DNA of 64,000 nt from NCBI GenBank assembly GCA_046563655.1, contig JAJCTO010000009.1, forward strand, positions 248,001-312,000, read 5' to 3'. A program made the position numbers and the translations under genes. Of this stretch, positions 50,401 through 64,000 are shown piece after piece. The stretch's first letter is position 1. Each line of letters opens with the position of its first letter. The DNA comes from Yuukianura sp. NJ FZ-2021. Its lineage: Eukaryota. The notes beneath the pieces are model-generated. The model was not told where the DNA came from. It saw nothing but the letters and a program-made list of their open reading frames with translations, and searched no databases.

Positions 50401-53400
50401 CATTGATAAAAGGTAAAAATTTAGGCACTCGACAGGGACTTGTTATGTGCCTGAGAATACTATTTAAATTTTCAAACCAGATTTAAACGCGCAGTAAATT
50501 TTTTCCTGGCCATTCTTCCCTTAAGAACGACTTCAGTATTTTCTCGGCAAGAGCTAGGTTTGAAAATCCTCCGAACAACCTTATTAAGTGTAGGATGCTC
50601 CCCGCTCGAACACAATCTACGAACGTTTTGCAAGTATTTTGCCTCAATTACGCGTAAACTTACTGCAGCCGGAAGGCGGTTGGTGGACATTGATAAAAAC
50701 TGAAAATTTAGGCATGCGACAGGGACTTGTTATGTGCCTGAGAATACTATTTAAATTTTCAAACCAGATTTAAATGCGCAGTAATTTCGTTCCTGGCCAT
50801 TCTTCCCTTAAGAACGACTTCAGTATTTTCGCGGCAAGAGCTAGATTTGAAAATCCTCCGAACAACCTTATTAAGTGTAGGATGCTCCCCGCTCGAACAC
50901 AATCTACGAACGTTTTGCAAGTATTTTGCCTCAATTACGCGTAAACTTACTGCAGCCGGAAGGCGGTTGGTGGACATTGATAAAAGCTAAAAATTTAGGC
51001 CTGCGACAGGGACTTGTTATGTGCCTGAGAATACTATTTAAATTTTCAAACCAGATTTAAATGCGCAGTAATTTCGTTCCTGGCCATTCTTCCCTTAAGA
51101 ACGACTTCAGTATTTTCGCGGCAAGAGCTAGATTTGAAAATCCTCCGAACAACCTTATTAAGTGTAGGATGCTCCCCGCTCGAACACAATCTACGAACGT
51201 TTTGCAAGTATTTTGCCTCAATTACGCGTAAACTTACTGCAGCCGGAAGGCGTGTGGTGGACATTGATAAAAACTGAAAATTTAGGCATGCGACAGGGAC
51301 TTGTTATGTGCCTGAGAATACTATTTAAATTTTCAAACCAGATTTAAATGCGCAGTAATTTTGTTGCTGGCCATTCTTCACTTAAGAACGACTTCAGTAT
51401 TTTCTCGGCAAGAGCTAGGTTTGAAAATCCTCCGAACAACCTTATTAAGTGTAGGATGCTCCCCGCTCGAACACAATCTACGAACGTTTTGCAAGTATTT
51501 TGCCTCAATTACGCGTAAACTTACTGCAGCCGGAAGGCGGTTGGTGGACATTGATAAAAGGTAAAAATTTAGGCACTCGACAGGGACTTGTTATGTGCCT
51601 GAGAATACTATTTAAATTTTCAAACCAGATTTAAATGCGCAGTAATTTTGTTGCTGGCCATTCTTCACTTAAGAACGACTTCAGTATTTTCTCGGCAAGA
51701 GCTAGGTTTGAAAATCCTCCGAACAACCTTATTAAGTGTAGGATGCTCCCCGCTCGAACACAATCTACGAACGTTTTGCAAGTATTTTGCCTCAATTACG
51801 CGTAAACTTACTGCAGCCGGAAGGCGGTTGGTGGACATTGATAAAAGTTAAAAATTTAGGCACTCGACAGGGACTTGTTATGTGCCTGAGAATACTATTT
51901 AAATTTTCAAACCAGATTTAAATGCGCAGTAATTTTGTTGCTGGCCATTCTTCACTTAAGAACGACTTCAGTATTTTCTCGGCAAGAGCTAGGTTTGAAA
52001 ATCCTCCGAACAACCTTATTAAGTGTAGGATGCTCCCCGCTCGAACACAATCTACGAACGTTTTGCAAGTATTTTGCCTCAATTACGCGTAAACTTACTG
52101 CAGCCGGAAGGCGTGTGGTGGACATTGATAAAAACTGAAAATTTAGGCATGCGACAGGGACTTGTTATGTGCCTGAGAATACTATTTAAATTTTCAAACC
52201 AGATTTAAATGCGCAGTAATTTCGTTCCTGGCCATTTTTCACTTAAGAACGACTTCAGTATTTTCGCGGCAAGAGCTAGATTTGAAAATCTTCCGAACAA
52301 CCTTATTAAGTGTAGGATGCTCCCCGCTCGAACACAATCTACGAACGTTTTGCAAGTATTTTGCCTCAATTACGCGTAAACTTACTGCAGCCGGAAGGCG
52401 GTTGGTGGACATTGATAAAAGGTAAAAATTTAGGCACTCGACAGGGACTTGTTATGTGCCTGAGAATACTATTTAAATTTTCAAACCAGATTTAAACGCG
52501 CAGTAAATTTTTTCCTGGCCATTCTTCCCTTAAGAACGACTTCAGTATTTTCTCGGCAAGAGCTAGGTTTGAAAATCCTCCGAACAACCTTATTAAGTGT
52601 AGGATGCTCCCCGCTCGAACACAATCTACGAACGTTTTGCAAGTATTTTGCCTCAATTACGCGTAAACTTACTGCAGCCGGAAGGCGTTTGGTGGACATT
52701 GATAAAAGCTAAAAATTTAGGCACTCGACAGGGACTTGTTATGTGCCTGAGAATACTATTTAAATTTTCAAACCAGATTTAAATGCGCAGTAATTTTGTT
52801 GCTGGCCATTCTTCACTTAAGAACGACTTCAGTATTTTCGCGGCAAGAGCTAGGTTTGAAAATCCTCCGAACAACCTTATTAAGTGTAGGATGCTCCCCG
52901 CTCGAACACAATCTACGAACGTTTTGCAAGTATTTTGCCTCAATTACGCGTAAACTTACTGCAGCCGGAAGGCGGTTGGTGGACATTGATAAAAGGTAAA
53001 AATTTAGGCACTCGACAGGGACTTGTTATGTGCCTGAGAATACTATTTAAATTTTCATCCAGATTTAAACGCGCAGTAAATTTTTTCCTGGCCATTCTTC
53101 CCTTAAGAACGACTTCAGTATTTTCTCGGCAAGAGCTAGGTTTGAAAATCCTCCGAACAACCTTATTAAGTGTAGGATGCTCCCCGCTCGAACACAATCT
53201 ACGAACGTTTTGCAAGTATTTTGCCTCAATTACGCGTAAACTTACTGCAGCCGGAAGGCGGTTGGTGGACATTGATAAAAGGTAAAAATTTAGGCATGCG
53301 ACAGGGACTTGTTATGTGCCTGAGAATACTATTTAAATTTTCAAACCAGATTTAAATGCGCAGTAATTTCGTTCCTGGCCATTCTTCCCTTAAGAACGAC

Positions 53401-56400
53401 TTCAGTATTTTCGCGGCAAGAGCTAGATTTGAAAATCCTCCGAACAACCTTATTAAGTGTAGGATGCTCCCCGCTCGAACACAATCTACGAACGTTTTGC
53501 AAGTATTTTGCCTCAATTACGCGTAAACTTACTGCAGCCGGAAGGCGTGTGGTGGACATTGATAAAAACTGAAAATTTAGGCATGCGACAGGGACTTGTT
53601 ATGTGCCTGAGAATACTATTTAAATTTTCAAACCAGATTTAAACGCGCAGTAAATTTTTTCCTGGCCATTCTTCCCTTAAGAACGACTTCAGTATTTTCT
53701 CGGCAAGAGCTAGGTTTGAAAATCCTCCGAACAACCTTATTAAGTGTAGGATGCTCCCCGCTCGAACACAATCTACGAACGTTTTGCAAGTATTTTGCCT
53801 CAATTACGCGTAAACTTACTGCAGCCGGAAGGCGTTTGGTGGACATTGATAAAAACTGAAAATTTAGGCATGCGACAGGGACTTGTTATGTGCCTGAGAA
53901 TACTATTTAAATTTTCAAACCAGATTTAAGTGCGCAGTGATTTCGTTATTGGCCATTTTTGCCTTAAGAACGACTTCAGTATTTTCGCGGCAAGAGCTAG
54001 ATTTGAAAATCTTCCGAACAACCTTATTAAGTGTAGGATGCTCCCCGCTCGAACACAATCTACGAACGTTTTGCAAGTATTTTGCCTCAATTACGCGTAA
54101 ACTTACTGCAGCCGGAAGGCGGTTGGTGGACATTGATAAAAGGTAAAAATTTAGGCACTCGACAGGGACTTGTTATGTGCCTGAGAATACTATTTAAATT
54201 TTCATCCAGATTTAAACGCGCAGTAAATTTTTTCCTGGCCATTCTTCCCTTAAGAACGACTTCAGTATTTTCTCGGCAAGAGCTAGGTTTGAAAATCCTC
54301 CGAACAACCTTATTAAGTGTAGGATGCTCCCCGCTCGAACACAATCTACGAACGTTTTGCAAGTATTTTGCCTCAATTACGCGTAAACTTACTGCAGCCG
54401 GAAGGCGGTTGGTGGACATTGATAAAAGCTAAAAATTTAGGCATGCGACAGGGACTTGTTATGTGCCTGAGAATACTATTTAAATTTTCAAACCAGATTT
54501 AAATGCGCAGTAATTTCGTTCCTGGCCATTTTTCACTTAAGAACGACTTCAGTATTTTCGCGGCAAGAGCTAGATTTGAAAATCTTCCGAACAACCTTAT
54601 TAAGTGTAGGATGCTCCCCGCTCGAACACAATCTACGAACGTTTTGCAAGTATTTTGCCTCAATTACGCGTAAACTTACTGCAGCCGGAAGGCGGTTGGT
54701 GGACATTGATAAAAGGTAAAAATTTAGGCACTCGACAGGGACTTGTTATGTGCCTGAGAATACTATTTAAATTTTCAAACCAGATTTAAACGCGCAGTAA
54801 ATTTTTTCCTGGCCATTCTTCCCTTAAGAACGACTTCAGTATTTTCTCGGCAAGAGCTAGGTTTGAAAATCCTCCGAACAACCTTATTAAGTGTAGGATG
54901 CTCCCCGCTCGAACACAATCTACGAACGTTTTGCAAGTATTTTGCCTCAATTACGCGTAAACTTACTGCAGCCGGAAGGCGTTTGGTGGACATTGATAAA
55001 AGGTAAAAATTTAGGCACTCGACAGGGACTTGTTATGTGCCTGAGAATACTATTTAAATTTTCAAACCAGATTTAAACGCGCAGTAAATTTTTTCCTGGC
55101 CATTCTTCCCTTAAGAACGACTTCAGTATTTTCTCGGCAAGAGCTAGGTTTGAAAATCCTCCGAACAACCTTATTAAGTGTAGGATGCTCCCCGCTCGAA
55201 CACAATCTACGAACGTTTTGCAAGTATTTTGCCTCAATTACGCGTAAACTTACTGCAGCCGGAAGGCGTTTGGTGGACATTGATAAAAGGTAAAAATTTA
55301 GGCACTCGACAGGGACTTGTTATGTGCCTGAGAATACTATTTAAATTTTCAAACCAGATTTAAATGCGCAGTAATTTTGTTGCTGGCCATTCTTCACTTA
55401 AGAACGACTTCAGTATTTTCTCGGCAAGAGCTAGGTTTGAAAATCCTCCGAACAACCTTATTAAGTGTAGGATGCTCCCCGCTCGAACACAATCTACGAA
55501 CGTTTTGCAAGTATTTTGCCTCAATTACGCGTAAACTTACTGCAGCCGGAAGGCGGTTGGTGGACATTGATAAAAGGTAAAAATTTAGGCATGCGACAGG
55601 GACTTGTTATGTGCCTGAGAATACTATTTAAATTTTCAAACCAGATTTAAATGCGCAGTAATTTCGTTCCTGGCCATTTTTCACTTAAGAACGACTTCAG
55701 TATTTTCGCGGCAAGAGCTAGATTTGAAAATCTTCCGAACAACCTTATTAAGTGTAGGATGCTCCCCGCTCGAACACAATCTACGAACGTTTTGCAAGTA
55801 TTTTGCCTCAATTACGCGTAAACTTACTGCAGCCGGAAGGCGGTTGGTGGACATTGATAAAAGGTAAAAATTTAGGCACTCGACAGGGACTTGTTATGTG
55901 CCTGAGAATACTATTTAAATTTTCAAACCAGATTTAAACGCGCAGTAAATTTTTTCCTGGCCATTCTTCCCTTAAGAACGACTTCAGTATTTTCTCGGCA
56001 AGAGCTAGGTTTGAAAATCCTCCGAACAACCTTATTAAGTGTAGGATGCTCCCCGCTCGAACACAATCTACGAACGTTTTGCAAGTATTTTGCCTCAATT
56101 ACGCGTAAACTTACTGCAGCCGGAAGGCGGTTGGTGGACATTGATAAAAGGTAAAAATTTAGGCACTCGACAGGGACTTGTTATGTGCCTGAGAATACTA
56201 TTTAAATTTTCAAACCAGATTTAAACGCGCAGTAAATTTTTTCCTGGCCATTCTTCCCTTAAGAACGACTTCAGTATTTTCTCGGCAAGAGCTAGGTTTG
56301 AAAATCCTCCGAACAACCTTATTAAGTGTAGGATGCTCCCCGCTCGAACACAATCTACGAACGTTTTGCAAGTATTTTGCCTCAATTACGCGTAAACTTA

Positions 56401-59400
56401 CTGCAGCCGGAAGGCGGTTGGTGGACATTGATAAAAGGTAAAAATTTAGGCACTCGACAGGGACTTGTTATGTGCCTGAGAATACTATTTAAATTTTCAT
56501 CCAGATTTAAACGCGCAGTAAATTTTTTCCTGGCCATTCTTCCCTTAAGAACGACTTCAGTATTTTCTCGGCAAGAGCTAGGTTTGAAAATCCTCCGAAC
56601 AACCTTATTAAGTGTAGGATGCTCCCCGCTCGAACACAATCTACGAACGTTTTGCAAGTATTTTGCCTCAATTACGCGTAAACGTACTGCAGCCGGAAGG
56701 CGGTTGGTGGACATTGATAAAAGTTAAAAATTTAGGCACTCGACAGGGACTTGTTATGTGCCTGAGAATACTATTTAAATTTTCATCCAGATTTAAACGC
56801 GCAGTAAATTTTTTCCTGGCCATTCTTCCCTTAAGAACGACTTCAGTATTTTCTCGGCAAGAGCTAGGTTTGAAAATCCTCCGAACAACCTTATTAAGTG
56901 TAGGATGCTCCCCGCTCGAACACAATCTACGAACGTTTTGCAAGTATTTTGCCTCAATTACGCGTAAACTTACTGCAGCCGGAAGGCGGTTGGTGGACAT
57001 TGATAAAAGGTAAAAATTTAGGCACTCGACAGGGACTTGTTATGTGCCTGAGAATACTATTTAAATTTTCAAACCAGATTTAAATGCGCAGTAATTTTGT
57101 TGCTGGCCATTCTTCACTTAAGAACGACTTCAGTATTTTCTCGGCAAGAGCTAGGTTTGAAAATCCTCCGAACAACCTTATTAAGTGTAGGATGCTCCCC
57201 GCTCGAACACAATCTACGAACGTTTTGCAAGTATTTTGCCTCAATTACGCGTAAACGTACTGCAGCCGGAAGGCGGTTGGTGGACATTGATAAAAGTTAA
57301 AAATTTAGGCACTCGACAGGGACTTGTTATGTGCCTGAGAATACTATTTAAATTTTCATCCAGATTTAAACGCGCAGTAAATTTTTTACTGGCCATTCTT
57401 CCCTTAAGAACGACTTCAGTATTTTCTCGGCAAGAGCTAGGTTTGAAAATCCTCCGAACAACCTTATTAAGTGTAGGATGCTCCCCGCTCGAACACAATC
57501 TACGAACGTTTTGCAAGTATTTTGCCTCAATTACGCGTAAACTTACTGCAGCCGGAAGGCGGTTGGTGGACATTGATAAAAGGTAAAAATTTAGGCACTC
57601 GACAGGGACTTGTTATGTGCCTGAGAATACTATTTAAATTTTCAAACCAGATTTAAATGCGCAGTAATTTTGTTGCTGGCCATTCTTCACTTAAGAACGA
57701 CTTCAGTATTTTCGCGGCAAGAGCTAGGTTTGAAAATCCTCCGAACAACCTTATTAAGTGTAGGATGCTCCCCGCTCGAACACAATCTACGAACGTTTTG
57801 CAAGTATTTTGCCTCAATTACGCGTAAACTTACTGCAGCCGGAAGGCGGTTGGTGGACATTGATAAAAGGTAAAAATTTAGGCACTCGACAGGGACTTGT
57901 TATGTGCCTGAGAATACTATTTAAATTTTCAAACCAGATTTAAATGCGCAGTAATTTTGTTGCTGGCCATTCTTCACTTAAGAACGACTTCAGTATTTTC
58001 GCGGCAAGAGCTAGGTTTGAAAATCCTCCGAACAACCTTATTAAGTGTAGGATGCTCCCCGCTCGAACACAATCTACGAACGTTTTGCAAGTATTTTGCC
58101 TCAATTACGCGTAAACTTACTGCAGCCGGAAGGCGGTTGGTGGACATTGATAAAAGCTAAAAATTTAGGCATACGACAGGGACTTGTTATGTGCCTGAGA
58201 ATACTATTTAAATTTTCAAACCAGATTTAAACGCGCAGTAAATTTTTTCCTGGCCATTCTTCCCTTAAGAACGACTTCAGTATTTTCTCGGCAAGAGCTA
58301 GGTTTGAAAATCCTCCGAACAACCTTATTAAGTGTAGGATGCTCCCCGCTCGAACACAATCTACGAACGTTTTGCAAGTATTTTGCCTCAATTACGCGTA
58401 AACTTACTGCAGCCGGAAGGCGGTTGGTGGACATTGATAAAAGGTAAAAATTTAGGCACTCGACAGGGACTTGTTATGTGCCTGAGAATACTATTTAAAT
58501 TTTCAAACCAGATTTAAATGCGCAGTAATTTTGTTGCTGGCCATTCTTCACTTAAGAACGACTTCAGTATTTTCGCGGCAAGAGCTAGGTTTGAAAATCC
58601 TCCGAACAACCTTATTAAGTGTAGGATGCTCCCCGCTCGAACACAATCTACGAACGTTTTGCAAGTATTTTGCCTCAATTACGCGTAAACTTACTGCAGC
58701 CGGAAGGCGGTTGGTGGACATTGATAAAAGGTAAAAATTTAGGCACTCGACAGGGACTTGTTATGTGCCTGAGAATACTATTTAAATTTTCATCCAGATT
58801 TAAACGCGCAGTAAATTTTTTCCTGGCCATTCTTCCCTTAAGAACGACTTCAGTATTTTCTCGGCAAGAGCTAGGTTTGAAAATCCTCCGAACAACCTTA
58901 TTAAGTGTAGGATGCTCCCCGCTCGAACACAATCTACGAACGTTTTGCAAGTATTTTGCCTCAATTACGCGTAAACTTACTGCAGCCGGAAGGCGGTTGG
59001 TGGACATTGATAAAAACTGAAAATTTAGGCATGCGACAGGGACTTGTTATGTGCCTGAGAATACTATTTAAATTTTCAAACCAGATTTAAATGCGCAGTA
59101 ATTTTGTTGCTGGCCATTCTTCACTTAAGAACGACTTCAGTATTTTCTCGGCAAGAGCTAGGTTTGAAAATCCTCCGAACAACCTTATTAAGTGTAGGAT
59201 GCTCCCCGCTCGAACACAATCTACGAACGTTTTGCAAGTATTTTGCCTCAATTACGCGTAAACTTACTGCAGCCGGAAGGCGGTTGGTGGACATTGATAA
59301 AAGGTAAAAATTTAGGCACTCGACAGGGACTTGTTATGTGCCTGAGAATACTATTTAAATTTTCAAACCAGATTTAAACGCGCAGTAAATTTTTTCCTGG

Positions 59401-62400
59401 CCATTCTTCCCTTAAGAACGACTTCAGTATTTTCTCGGCAAGAGCTAGGTTTGAAAATCCTCCGAACAACCTTATTAAGTGTAGGATGCTCCCCGCTCGA
59501 ACACAAACTACGAGCGTTTTGCAAGTATTTTGCCTCAATTACGCGTAAACGTACTGCAGCCGGAAGGCGGTTGGTGGACATTGATAAAAGGTAAAAATTT
59601 AGGCACTCGACAGGGACTTGTTATGTGCCTGAGAATACTATTTAAATTTTCATCCAGATTTAAATGCGCAGTAATTTTGTTGCTGGCCATTCTTCACTTA
59701 AGAACGACTTCAGTATTTTCTCGGCAAGAGCTAGGTTTGAAAATCCTCCGAACAACCTTATTAAGTGTAGGATGCTCCCCGCTCGAACACAATCTACGAA
59801 CGTTTTGCAAGTATTTTGCCTCAATTACGCGTAAACGTACTGCAGCCGGAAGGCGGTTGGTGGACATTGATAAAAGTTAAAAATTTAGGCACTCGACAGG
59901 GACTTATTATGTGCCTGAGAATACTATTTAAATTTTCATCCAGATTTAAACGCGCAGTAAATTTTTTATTGGCCATTCTTCCCTTAAGAACGACTTCAGT
60001 ATTTTCGCGGCAAGAGCTAGGTTTGAAAATCCTCCGAACAACCTTATTAAGTGTAGGATGCTCCCCGCTCGAACACAATCTACGAACGTTTTGCAAGTAT
60101 TTTGCCTCAATTACGCGTAAACTTACTGCAGCCGGAAGGCGGTTGGTGGACATTGATAAAAGCTAAAAATTTAGGCCTGCGACAGGGACTTGTTATGTGC
60201 CTGAGAATACTATTTAAATTTTCAAACCAGATTTAAATGCGCAGTAATTTCGTTCCTGGCCATTCTTCCCTTAAGAACGACTTCAGTATTTTCGCGGCAA
60301 GAGCTAGATTTGAAAATCTTCCGAACAACCTTATTAAGTGTAGGATGCTCCCCGCTCGAACACAAACTACGAGCGTTTTGCAAGTATTTTGCCTCAATTA
60401 CGCGTAAACGTACTGCAGCCGGAAGGCGGTTGGTGGACATTGATAAAAGGTAAAAATTTAGGCACTCGACAGGGACTTGTTATGTGCCTGAGAATACTAT
60501 TTAAATTTTCATCCAGATTTAAATGCGCAGTAATTTTGTTGCTGGCCATTCTTCACTTAAGAACGACTTCAGTATTTTCTCGGCAAGAGCTAGGTTTGAA
60601 AATCCTCCGAACAACCTTATTAAGTGTAGGATGCTCCCCGCTCGAACACAATCTACGAACGTTTTGCAAGTATTTTGCCTCAATTACGCGTAAACTTACT
60701 GCAGCCGGAAGGCGGTTGGTGGACATTGATAAAAGGTAAAAATTTAGGCACTCGACAGGGACTTGTTATGTGCCTGAGAATACTATTTAAATTTTCATCC
60801 AGATTTAAACGCGCAGTAAATTTTTTCCTGGCCATTCTTCCCTTAAGAACGACTTCAGTATTTTCTCGGCAAGAGCTAGGTTTGAAAATCCTCCGAACAA
60901 CCTTATTAAGTGTAGGATGCTCCCCGCTCGAACACAATCTACGAACGTTTTGCAAGTATTTTGCCTCAATTACGCGTAAACTTACTGCAGCCGGAAGGCG
61001 GTTGGTGGACATTGATAAAAGGTAAAAATTTAGGCACTCGACAGGGACTTGTTATGTGCCTGAGAATACTATTTAAATTTTCATCCAGATTTAAACGCGC
61101 AGTAAATTTTTTCCTGGCCATTCTTCCCTTAAGAACGACTTCAGTATTTTCTCGGCAAGAGCTAGGTTTGAAAATCCTCCGAACAACCTTATTAAGTGTA
61201 GGATGCTCCCCGCTCGAACACAAACTACGAGCGTTATGCAAGTATTTTGCCTCAATTACGCGTAAACTTACTGCAGCCGGAAGGCGTTTGGTGGACATTG
61301 ATAAAAGCTAAAAATTTAGGCCTGCGACAGGGACTTGTTATGTGCCTTAGAATACTATTTAAATTTTCAAACCAGATTTAAATGCGCAGTAATTTTGTGC
61401 TACCCATTCTTCACTTAAGAACGACTTCAGTATTTTCTCGGCAAGAGCTAGGTTTGAAAATCCTCCGAACAACCTTATTAAGTGTAGGATGCTCCCCGCT
61501 CGAACACAATCTACGAACGTTTTGCAAGTATTTTGCCTCAATTACGCGTAAACTTACTGCAGCCGGAAGGCGGTTGGTGGACATTGATAAAAGGTAAAAA
61601 TTTAGGCACTCGACAGGGACTTGTTATGTGCCTGAGAATACTATTTAAATTTTCAAACCAGATTTAAATGCGCAGTAATTTTGTTGCTGGCCATTCTTCA
61701 CTTAAGAACGACTTCAGTATTTTCTCGGCAAGAGCTAGGTTTGAAAATCCTCCGAACAACCTTATTAAGTGTAGGATGCTCCCCGCTCGAACACAATCTA
61801 CGAACGTTTTGCAAGTATTTTGCCTCAATTACGCGTAAACTTACTGCAGCCGGAAGGCGGTTGGTGGACATTGATAAAAGGTAAAAATTTAGGCATGCGA
61901 CAGGGACTTGTTATGTGCCTGAGAATACTATTTAAATTTTCAAACCAGATTTAAATGCGCAGTAATTTCGTTCCTGGCCATTTTTCACTTAAGAACGACT
62001 TCAGTATTTTCGCGGCAAGAGCTAGATTTGAAAATCTTCCGAACAACCTTATTAAGTGTAGGATGCTCCCCGCTCGAACACAATCTACGAACGTTTTGCA
62101 AGTATTTTGCCTCAATTACGCGTAAACTTACTGCAGCCGGAAGGCGGTTGGTGGACATTGATAAAAGGTAAAAATTTAGGCACTCGACAGGGACTTGTTA
62201 TGTGCCTGAGAATACTATTTAAATTTTCATCCAGATTTAAACGCGCAGTAAATTTTTTCCTGGCCATTCTTCCCTTAAGAACGACTTCAGTATTTTCTCG
62301 GCAAGAGCTAGGTTTGAAAATCCTCCGAACAACCTTATTAAGTGTAGGATGCTCCCCGCTCGAACACAATCTACGAACGTTTTGCAAGTATTTTGCCTCA

Positions 62401-64000
62401 ATTACGCGTAAACTTACTGCAGCCGGAAGGCGTTTGGTGGACATTGATAAAAACTAAAAATTTAGGCATGCGACAGGGACTTGTTATGTGCCTGAGAATA
62501 CTATTTAAATTTTCAAACCAGATTTAAGTGCGCAGTAATTTCGTTGCTGGCCATTTTTCACTTAAGAACGACTTCAGTATTTTCGCGGCAAGAGCTAGAT
62601 TTGAAAATCTTCCGAACAACCTTATTAAGTGTAGGATGCTCCCCGCTCGAACACAATCTACGAACGTTTTGCAAGTATTTTGCCTCAATTACGCGTAAAC
62701 TTACTGCAGCCGGAAGGCGGTTGGTGGACATTGATAAAAGGTAAAAATTTAGGCACTCGACAGGGACTTGTTATGTGCCTGAGAATACTATTTAAATTTT
62801 CAAACCAGATTTAAATGCGCAGTAATTTTGTTGCTGGCCATTCTTCACTTAAGAACGACTTCAGTATTTTCGCGGCAAGAGCTAGGTTTGAAAATCCTCC
62901 GAACAACCTTATTAAGTGTAGGATGCTCCCCGCTCGAACACAATCTACGAACGTTTTGCAAGTATTTTGCCTCAATTACGCGTAAACGTACTGCAGCCGG
63001 AAGGCGGTTGGTGGACATTGATAAAAGTTAAAAATTTAGGCACTCGACAGGGACTTGTTATGTGCCTGAGAATACTATTTAAATTTTCATCCAGATTTAA
63101 ACGCGCAGTAAATTTTTTCCTGGCCATTCTTCCCTTAAGAACGACTTCAGTATTTTCTCGGCAAGAGCTAGGTTTGAAAATCCTCCGAACAACCTTATTA
63201 AGTGTAGGATGCTCCCCGCTCGAACACAAACTACGAGCGTTATGCAAGTATTTTGCCTCAATTACGCGTAAACTTACTGCAGCCGGAAGGCGTTTGGTGG
63301 ACATTGATAAAAGCTAAAAATTTAGGCCTGCGACAGGGACTTGTTATGTGCCTGAGAATACTATTTAAATTTTCAAACCAGATTTAAATGCGCAGTAATT
63401 TTGTTGCTGGCCATTCTTCCCTTAAGAACGACTTCAGTATTTTCTCGGCAAGAGCTAGGTTTGAAAATCCTCCGAACAACCTTATTAAGTGTAGGATGCT
63501 CCCCGCTCGAACACAATCTACGAACGTTTTGCAAGTATTTTGCCTCAATTACGCGTAAACTTACTGCAGCCGGAAGGCGTTTGGTGGACATTGATAAAAG
63601 GTAAAAATTTAGGCACTCGACAGGGACTTGTTATGTGCCTGAGAATACTATTTAAATTTTCAAACCAGATTTAAATGCGCAGTAATTTTGTTGCTGGCCA
63701 TTCTTCACTTAAGAACGACTTCAGTATTTTCGCGGCAAGAGCTAGGTTTGAAAATCCTCCGAACAACCTTATTAAGTGTAGGATGCTCCCCGCTCGAACA
63801 CAATCTACGAACGTTTTGCAAGTATTTTGCCTCAATTACGCGTAAACTTACTGCAGCCGGAAGGCGTTTGGTGGACATTGATAAAAGGTAAAAATTTAGG
63901 CACTCGACAGGGACTTGTTATGTGCCTGAGAATACTATTTAAATTTTCATCCAGATTTAAACGCGCAGTAAATTTTTTCCTGGCCATTCTTCCCTTAAGA
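41433..64000 (+). repeat. 287-bp satellite, right arm (~78 monomers, runs off the right edge)
   Basis: Head-to-tail monomers (TTTAAATTTTCAAACCAGATTTAAATGCGCAGTAATTTTGTTGCTGGCC...GGGACTTGTTATGTGCCTGAGAATACTA) with period 287, or 286 in the TTTTCATCCAG variant. Spurious ORFs recur at the same spacing. Confidence 0.99.

Noticed and set aside
41577..63891. Repeated 60-116 aa ORFs on both strands of the 287-bp satellite (also 32702-34937)
   Set aside because: They are chance frames repeated at the monomer period, with no recognisable domain.
1..64000. CRISPR array interpretation of the repeats
   Set aside because: The monomers are contiguous with no unique spacers and there are no cas genes. The context is eukaryotic.

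Overview
Eukaryotic (probably animal) heterochromatin-type window. Positions 1-32223 are a homogeneous AT-rich 128-bp satellite (about 250 monomers), followed by a 100-N assembly gap. After the gap comes a second, unrelated 287-bp satellite. It is in minus orientation at 32324-~35090 and in plus orientation at 41433-64000. At the point where it flips sits a 6.2-kb element (35180-41379) bounded by ~1.06-kb terminal inverted repeats (TIRs). The element carries three intact co-oriented ORFs: a Polinton/Maverick (adintovirus-like) minor capsid/penton, a basic disordered protein, and a double-jelly-roll major capsid/hexon. It has no protein-primed DNA polymerase, integrase, packaging ATPase or protease, and no target-site duplication. 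The TIRs are unusually rich in inward-facing nuclear-receptor sites (8 exact AGGTCA, FTZ-F1/ERR-type TCAAGGTCA, a RORE, a perfect DR1 and an EcRE-like IR1), plus GC and CCAAT boxes. This capsid-only cassette, possibly hormone-controlled and lying at the centre of inverted satellite arms, is the main candidate for an undescribed system. Protein calls rest on motif recognition by eye, not on database searches. All ORFs inside the satellites are spurious.
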